DNA from: Candidatus Wolfebacteria bacterium RIFCSPLOWO2_01_FULL_45_19
GTDB lineage: Bacteria; Patescibacteriota; Minisyncoccia; UBA6257; GWB1-45-9
NCBI GenBank assembly: GCA_001793855.1
Contig: MGIR01000001.1
Coordinates: 93,891-157,890 of the forward strand
Direction: 5' to 3'
Length of the DNA stretch: 64,000 bases
This document shows positions 62,471-64,000 of the stretch, in pieces; the first letter of the stretch is position 1, and each line of letters starts with the position of its first letter. A program made the translations under genes and the position numbers. The notes under the pieces are model-generated. The model was given only the letters and a program-made list of their open reading frames with translations. It was not told the origin of the DNA and searched no databases.

Positions 62471-64000
62471 TTACAACGGCTGAACGGTATCGCAGATGAA
62501 CTTGGGTTCGTTGTTGCGCCAGGACAAGCGTCCGCTTATGAGCACCGGCGTGTTTGCCTGCCATATGGCGGGATTTTTTTCTATCGCGTCCGAAAATACC
62601 AGAACTTCCATCGCATCGTTAAAATCCTCTACGGTCGCGAAAAGCATCGGCTGTCCGAGTTTTGTCATTGTTTTTTTAACCTGAGAAATTATTCCGGCTA
62701 TGCGCGTTCTGATTTCTGTTTTATCTCCATTGATCAATTGATTAATTGAGGATATATTGGCCTGTTTAAGTTTGGTCTCAAATTGCGTGAGTGGATGCTC
62801 CGAAACATAAAGACCAAGAAGCTCGCGCTCCCACGCCAGCTGTTCTTGCCTGCTTATCGCGGCGGCGGTTTTTAAACGAAGAACTCCAGCGGGAGCGCCG
62901 CCAAACAAATCTGACTGTGAATTCTGCCGCGTTTTTTTTATTCTGCTTATAAATTCAAGGACATCATCTATGTTGGCAAGAATCTGATTTCTTTCAATGC
63001 CCAAAGAATCAAGCGCGCCGCATTTAATCAAGCTCTCAAGCGACTTCTTGTTCAGGTCTTTGTGCTGAACTCGCGTAAGCATGTCCTCAAAATTTTTAAA
63101 CGGCCCGCTTCTTTGACGCTCTTCTATTATTGAAGCGACAACGTTACTGCCGACATTTTTAATCGCCGACAGGCCGAAGCGGACGTTTTTATCCTCCGGC
63201 TGGAAATTGACATAGCTTTTGTTTATGTCCGGAGGCAGAACCGCGACACCGCTTTTCTTCGCTTCAACGACAAGAAAAGCCATCCGGTCAACATCGCCGG
63301 AATCGGCATTCAATAAACTGCTCATAAACTCAACCGGATAATGGGCCTTGAGATACGCTGTCTGATAGCCGATTGAGGCGTAGCAGGCGGCATGGCTTCT
63401 GTTGAAGCCGTAGCGGGCGAATGGAGGGAAAAGCTCCCAAATCACCTGGGCGATTTCAGGAGCAATGCCGTTTTTAATCATTCCGGATATGAGCTTTTCT
63501 TTTTGTTCGTCAAGAAGCGATTTTATTTTCTTGCCGATGGCTTTGCGCAGGGTATCGGCTTCGGCAAGGGTATAACCGGCAAGGTCACGCGCGATTTGCA
63601 TCATTTGTTCCTGATAAACACCGATGCCGTAAGTCGTTTTAAGTATCGGCTCAAGCTTAGGGTGAAGATAAGTTATTTTTTCCTGGCCGTGTTTACGCCG
63701 TATGTACGAAGGTATAAGATCCATCGGTCCCGGACGGTACAGGGAGACAAGCGCGATCAAATCTTCAAGTTCCGTTGGTTTAATTTCTTTCATATAACGC
63801 CGCATCCCACTTGATTCAAATTGGAACACGCCAGTGTTGTCAGTACGCTGAAGAAGTTCAAATGTTTTTTTATCATCAATCGGAATTTCATCAATGTTGA
63901 GCCGCTCACCGGTTTTCTCATACACAAGCCGCAATGCGTCTTCAATTGTCGTCAGGTTCGCAAGGCCCAACAGATCAATTTTAAGCAACCCCAAGTCCTC
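62471..64000 (-). CDS. dnaE: DNA polymerase III alpha subunit, C-terminal part (5' end beyond window)
   Basis: The fingers and HhH region is present (FNRSHAACYASIGYQTAYLKAHYP), followed by an OB domain. The ORF is open at the window end. Confidence 0.85.
   Translation of the reverse strand, partial: EDLGLLKIDLLGLANLTTIEDALRLVYEKTGERLNIDEIPIDDKKTFELLQRTDNTGVFQFESSGMRRYMKEIKPTELEDLIALVSLYRPGPMDLIPSYIRRKHGQEKITYLHPKLEPILKTTYGIGVYQEQMMQIARDLAGYTLAEADTLRKAIGKKIKSLLDEQKEKLISGMIKNGIAPEIAQVIWELFPPFARYGFNRSHAACYASIGYQTAYLKAHYPVEFMSSLLNADSGDVDRMAFLVVEAKKSGVAVLPPDINKSYVNFQPEDKNVRFGLSAIKNVGSNVVASIIEERQRSGPFKNFEDMLTRVQHKDLNKKSLESLIKCGALDSLGIERNQILANIDDVLEFISRIKKTRQNSQSDLFGGAPAGVLRLKTAAAISRQEQLAWERELLGLYVSEHPLTQFETKLKQANISSINQLINGDKTEIRTRIAGIISQVKKTMTKLGQPMLFATVEDFNDAMEVLVFSDAIEKNPAIWQANTPVLISGRLSWRNNEPKFICDTVQPL

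Overview
This 64-kb window comes from a low-GC (about 40-45%) bacterial chromosome and is mostly housekeeping genes. The CDS start and end coordinates are taken from the supplied ORF track, with some starts moved where the sequence justified it. Coordinates for tRNAs, repeats, promoters and terminators were hand-counted and may be off by one or two.

The gene content and its style (compact recO, dimeric archaeal-type GlyRS, H+-pyrophosphatase, ThrRS without an editing domain, many genes without a Shine-Dalgarno sequence, 64-87 aa membrane ORFs) suggest a Candidate Phyla Radiation (Patescibacteria-like) genome; this is inference only.

Called genes, in order: valS (C-terminal fragment), a PrsW-like protease, hsp20, cca, a DsbA-like oxidoreductase, a rhodanese, a GT35 phosphorylase homolog, a Cys/Met PLP enzyme, deoC, uppS, a Prx5 peroxiredoxin, recO, glyQS, an M16 peptidase, metG, tatD, an aldehyde dehydrogenase, nusA, hppA, a PurD-like ATP-grasp protein, murB, hpf, an arginase-family protein, secA, a glycan-assembly cluster (GT4, sugar transferase, GT4, DUF4012), lepA, gdh, an ftsB-like gene, an alanine-dehydrogenase-like gene, pepN, a VIT transporter, a CDP-alcohol phosphatidyltransferase, prfB (with the canonical +1 frameshift site CTT TGA C), ftsE, ftsX, a GT2, greA, lysS, efp, thrS and dnaE (partial).

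Five tRNAs are present: Arg-UCG, Pro-CGG, Ala-CGC, Gly-CCC and Thr-CGU.

Most interesting region: a roughly 6.1-kb block at 49559-55496, bounded by 122-bp direct repeats of the prfB 3' end (49437-49558 and 55497-55618), lies between prfB and ftsE. It carries a 1186-aa secreted protein with two LamG-like domains, a lipase-like alpha/beta-hydrolase domain and Ig-like domains. Downstream are three start-less paralogous copies of that protein's C-terminal module, interleaved with paralogous small membrane ORFs and with (TTTC)n, (TTTTC)n and (TA)n microsatellites. This looks like a candidate cassette-based or phase-variation (contingency) locus, or a horizontally acquired island.

Other unusual items:
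- An intact tRNA-Pro flanked by a perfect 14-bp inverted repeat sits inside the split halves of a paralogous tRNA-like sequence.
- An HNH endonuclease gene lies at the 5' end of tRNA-Thr, bounded by an 11-bp direct repeat.
- Heptanucleotide tandem repeats recur inside conserved coding sequences.
- Several intergenic hairpins and palindromes are unusually long.
- A GC-rich, His- and acid-rich small gene has a near-consensus promoter and a strong terminator.
- The GT35 phosphorylase homolog has arginine at the PLP-lysine position.

No CRISPR array, integrase or transposase was seen.
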